Of a stretch of 64,000 nucleotides of DNA, positions 54,880 to 64,000 are shown piece by piece. Numbering within the stretch: position 1 is the first letter of the stretch; every line of letters begins with the position of its first letter. A program made the translations under genes and the position numbers. The notes below the pieces were generated by a model that had not been told where the DNA came from, ran no database searches, and worked only from the letters and a program-made list of their open reading frames with translations. This stretch comes from the human T2T-CHM13v2.0 reference genome, Homo sapiens, in the NCBI RefSeq assembly GCF_009914755.1, contig NC_060939.1; one strand, given 5' to 3'.

Positions 54880-55896
54880 ATGGGGAAAAAACAGAACAGA
54901 AGAACTGGAAACTCTAAAAAGCAGAGTGACTCTCCTCCTCCAAAGGAATGCAGTTCCTCATCAGCAACGGAACAAAGCTGGATGGAGAATGACTTTGAGG
55001 AGCTGAGAGAAGAAGGTTTCAGACGATCAACTTACTCTGAGCTACGGGAGGACATTCAAACCAAAGGCAAAGAAGTTGAAAACTTTGAAAAAAATTTAGA
55101 AGAATGTATAACTAGAATAACCAATACAGAGAAGTGCTTAAAGGAGCTGACAGAGCTGAAAACCAAGGCTCGAGAACTACGTGAAGAATGCAGAAGCCTC
55201 AGGAGCCGATGCGATCAACTGGAAGAAAGGGTATCAGCGATGGAAGATGAAATGAATGAAATGAAGAGAGAAGGGAAGTTTAGAGAAAAAAGAATAAAAA
55301 GAAATGAGCAAAGCCTCCAAGAAATATGGGACTATGTGAAAAGACCAAATCTACGTCTGATTGGTGTACCTGAAAGTGATGGGGAGAATGGAACCAAGTT
55401 GGAAAACACTCTGCAGGATATTATCCAGGAGAACTTCCCCAATCTAGCAAGGCAGGCCAACGTTCAGATTCAGGAAATACAGAGAACGCCACAGAGATAC
55501 TCCTCGAGAAGAGCAACTCCAAGACACATAATTGTCAGATTCACCAAAGTTGAAATGAAGGAAAAAATGTTAAGGGCAGCCAGAGAGAAAGGTCGGGTTA
55601 CCCTCAAAGGGAAGCCCATCAGACTAACAGCGGATCTCTCGGCAGAAACCCTACAAGCCAGAAGAGAGTGGGGGCCAATATTCAACATTCTTAAAGAAAA
55701 GAATTTTCAACCCAGAATTTCATATCCAGCCAAACTAAGCTTCATAAGTGAAGGAGAAATAAAATCCTTTACAGACAAGCAAATGCTGAGAGATTTTGTC
55801 ACCACCAGGCCTGCCTTACAAGAGCTTCTGAAGGAAGCACTAAACATGGAAAGGAACAACCGGTACCAGCCGCTGCAAAATCATGCCAAAATGTAA
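54880..55896 (+). CDS. L1 ORF1p RNA-binding chaperone, intact, 338 aa
   Basis: MGKKQNRRTGNSK..coiled coil..RRM..REKG, ARR and YPAKLS motifs present. Confidence 0.97.
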   Translation: MGKKQNRRTGNSKKQSDSPPPKECSSSSATEQSWMENDFEELREEGFRRSTYSELREDIQTKGKEVENFEKNLEECITRITNTEKCLKELTELKTKARELREECRSLRSRCDQLEERVSAMEDEMNEMKREGKFREKRIKRNEQSLQEIWDYVKRPNLRLIGVPESDGENGTKLENTLQDIIQENFPNLARQANVQIQEIQRTPQRYSSRRATPRHIIVRFTKVEMKEKMLRAAREKGRVTLKGKPIRLTADLSAETLQARREWGPIFNILKEKNFQPRISYPAKLSFISEGEIKSFTDKQMLRDFVTTRPALQELLKEALNMERNNRYQPLQNHAKM

Positions 55897-55959
55897 AGAC
55901 CATCGAGACTAGGAAGAAACTGCATCAACTAACGAGCAAAATAACCAGCTAACATCATA

Positions 55960-59788
<3,829 letters not shown>

Positions 59789-60721
59789 ACAATGAGATCA
59801 CATGGACACAGGAAGGGGAATATCACACTCTGGGGACTGTTGTGGGGTGGGGGGAGGGGGGAGGGATAGCATCGGGAGATATACCTAATGCTAGATGACG
59901 AGTTGGTGGGTGCAGCGCACCAGCATGGCAGATGTATACATATGTAACTAACCTGCACAATGTGTACATGTACCCTAAAACTTAAAATATAATAAAAAAA
60001 TAAAAAAATAATAATTACCCATTTCTTATTTATAAGAATAATTGCATGCCATTTTCCCAATGCCTTTTGCAAGACCCCTTCTCCTCTACTCCCTTTTTCT
60101 TCAATATTTTGACTGATTTACTCAGAGATGGAGGAAAAGAACAGGTTAGTTAAAAAAAAAAAGTGAGCATCATAAAGGGTGCTTTGATGGTCCAGGTATG
60201 TGGTGTGAATGAATACTTGACCAGGTCCCACAGTATAACTTGGACTTCTTTTTATAACCTGAGCAGGGTACTTTATTAGCAATGGGAGGGCGTCACTTTG
60301 GTTGAAAAGCTTTGCATCATCATGCAAAGAGTTACTGAGACCCTTGTGATAAATGCCTTAGGTCAATTTATATTCTCACAATCTTTCAGTCTGGGGGCAA
60401 GAAATAGGTTAAAACTGGCATGTAACCAAGCTATAGAGCAATGGAAAACAGACTCCTAAACTTGGGGGTTAAAAAGTGTCTTTTGAGTCATCTCAGCCAC
60501 CCTCCCACTTGTGTTTGACAAGCCAACGCCCAATACTTTGGCCACAGAGACCTCATGGGCAGGGTTTAGTGCCACTAGAAGAAAGGGAAAGAGATCTGGG
60601 TTGAAGGTGGGTAGGGAAAACATGGAGGCTTTCATTTCTGTGAAAAGCTTGGCTGTGAAGAGAAGAAAGCAAGCTGGGAGTCAGTCCAGGCACAGAACAG
60701 GTCAAACAAGATCCCTTTTAA

Positions 60722-61044
<323 letters not shown>

Positions 61045-61817
61045 TGGCTTTTATGACTAATGAAAACAGAAAGGTTGATGGCACATGGGAAAGAACACAT
61101 GAAAGAGGATACAAAGCCTGGGGTAGGCTGGAGGGAGTGAAGTCAAGTTCACATAAGTAAAAAAGATAAGAAAATCTTTTCCTAGACATTAAAAGGAAAG
61201 GAATAAAAGTAATTGGAGATGGGGATACATTTCTAAAAATAAATTTTTTCATTTACTTGACTTTGATTAAGCTATACCTCTCTGCCACACACTATCTCAG
61301 GTATTGTGGATAAAACATAATTCCCTGTGTCTGGTGGCAAGGAGAAGCCCAGAAATGGAAAATCATAGTTCAATAAGAAGATAAACAAAACAATGAAAGC
61401 AAGAGATTGAGAGCAAGTAGGAGATACTTAATCCATTCCTCAGTCAGGATGACTTCCAAGGGGAGATGCATGTTATGGTGATAAAGAGGAAAGATGGTTG
61501 ATGTTATCAGCAATAGGTTGTAGACATTTCCTGGCCATCTTTATTTCTTTCATTTTATTATTTTAATTTTTTAAGTTTTTGCAATTGAGAAGGATAAAAC
61601 TAAGGAACCACAGGTAAGCTTAAATAAATTAATAGGAGCTGAAAGTGTGATGTGATTGCTAAAGCCATCTGACAGAATCTCCTTCGTATCTTCTGCATCA
61701 GAATGAAGCACCTTGCCCCATGCTATAGACCATATTTTAAGAGCACAGAATGATAAACTATTGACTCCAGAAGAAGGTGACCAGTTGAGAGAATCTGGGC
61801 ACATGTCATGCAGAGTG

Positions 61818-62918
<1,101 letters not shown>

Positions 62919-64000
62919 AGGAGTGTCTTAAAAGTTGTCAGTGAGTTTGGCCTGGAGCAAAGGGAATGGAGAGGATCCTTGATGATGGGTAAATACAGAT
63001 GTGAGCCTTTTCCACAAATCATCCAGTGATGCATTGGTTGGGAGATGATAGCATCAGATTCCCATCTTCAGGTTCTTTGGCACTAGTTTCCCACTGATTT
63101 CCAAATTGTTATGGGATAACTAATCCCCCCTTCCACTCCTGCAAACCTTAGTCTCTGGGTATGAACTTGGTAAGGTGAAGATCTCTACTCTTAAATTCAT
63201 TTAAGAGTTCTATGCTTTCCTCCTCTCTTCTCACCCTTTTGGCCTGTACCTCCCTCTTTAAACTTTTTATTCTACCCTGCCTGGCAGGCTCCATATGGTC
63301 CTTGGGCTAAAGGAGAAGATGGACAAAGAGTGAGAATGAACAGCTGGGATGAGAGTCAGAAGATGGCATAGAGAATGTGAAATGAAGACTGTCTCTTACC
63401 CCCTCCCACACCATGGCTGAAAAACAAATAGGATCCTGTTTCCTGAAAAAACGCTCTCTGCCAAGCCTAGCACCATCTGTCATGTGCCCCAGGATCAGCT
63501 CCACTCTGCTGATGGCATTGGCTCATGTCCTAGATAGTAAGTGCTAACTAAGTATCAGGATATATGGGGAAGGGGTAGAACCCAGTGGGTTTCTACTAGG
63601 ACTAAAGACGAGGTAGATCATTTACACTGGAAGCAACCTAAGCCATCACGAGCTGGTGGAGTGGCACGTAGAAGGATCTCAAATCTGTGGAGGGAAGACC
63701 AAAGTCATCAGAGAAACCTAGGGAAGAGACAGAACCAAGGACCTAGAGATTGACAGTAATAGTATCCCATTGGATAAAAGTTGGCAATGACTTTGGGGAA
63801 ATTGTGAAGTGATTGTTGCAAAAGCCTGGTGGTATTTGCAGCTTCCTTTCACAGGCCTGTGGTGCATCTGCTTCAGTTAAAGAGCAAATAATTGGTAAGC
63901 ACCTGAGAACCAGGCATCATTCCCCAGGACACCAGCCCATCACCCCTATTTAGCTTCTTCTAACAAGATCTAACAGAATGACACAGATAAGATGTGTAAA

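Overview
Repeat-rich hominoid genomic DNA (AluY-type and L1PA2/3-type elements imply human or another great ape), most likely intronic or intergenic. I recognise no host protein-coding exon, and almost all tracked ORFs are incidental read-throughs of repeats. The only real coding sequences belong to a full-length ~6.04 kb L1 (53974-60009, 16-bp TSD): ORF1 is intact and ORF2 is broken by a single 1-nt insertion. Other content includes about 12 Alus or Alu fragments; solo LTRs (LTR2 nested in MER51A, MER57, LTR8, MER34-like, MST/MLT); DNA transposon fossils (MER20, MER1, MER47, MER53, an internally inverted Charlie1); MIR/L2/L1M fossils; and a CpG-enriched candidate promoter/first exon at ~5.9-6.8 kb. 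The most unusual structures are three locally templated insertions of different ages within 11.6-18.7 kb (one a direct+inverted composite splitting a MIR), a VNTR built from a MER20 end, and a candidate minus-strand exon with alternative hairpins. I found no evidence for a new multi-gene system. Repeat subfamily names come from recalled consensus sequences, not a database search, so boundaries of old repeats are approximate.
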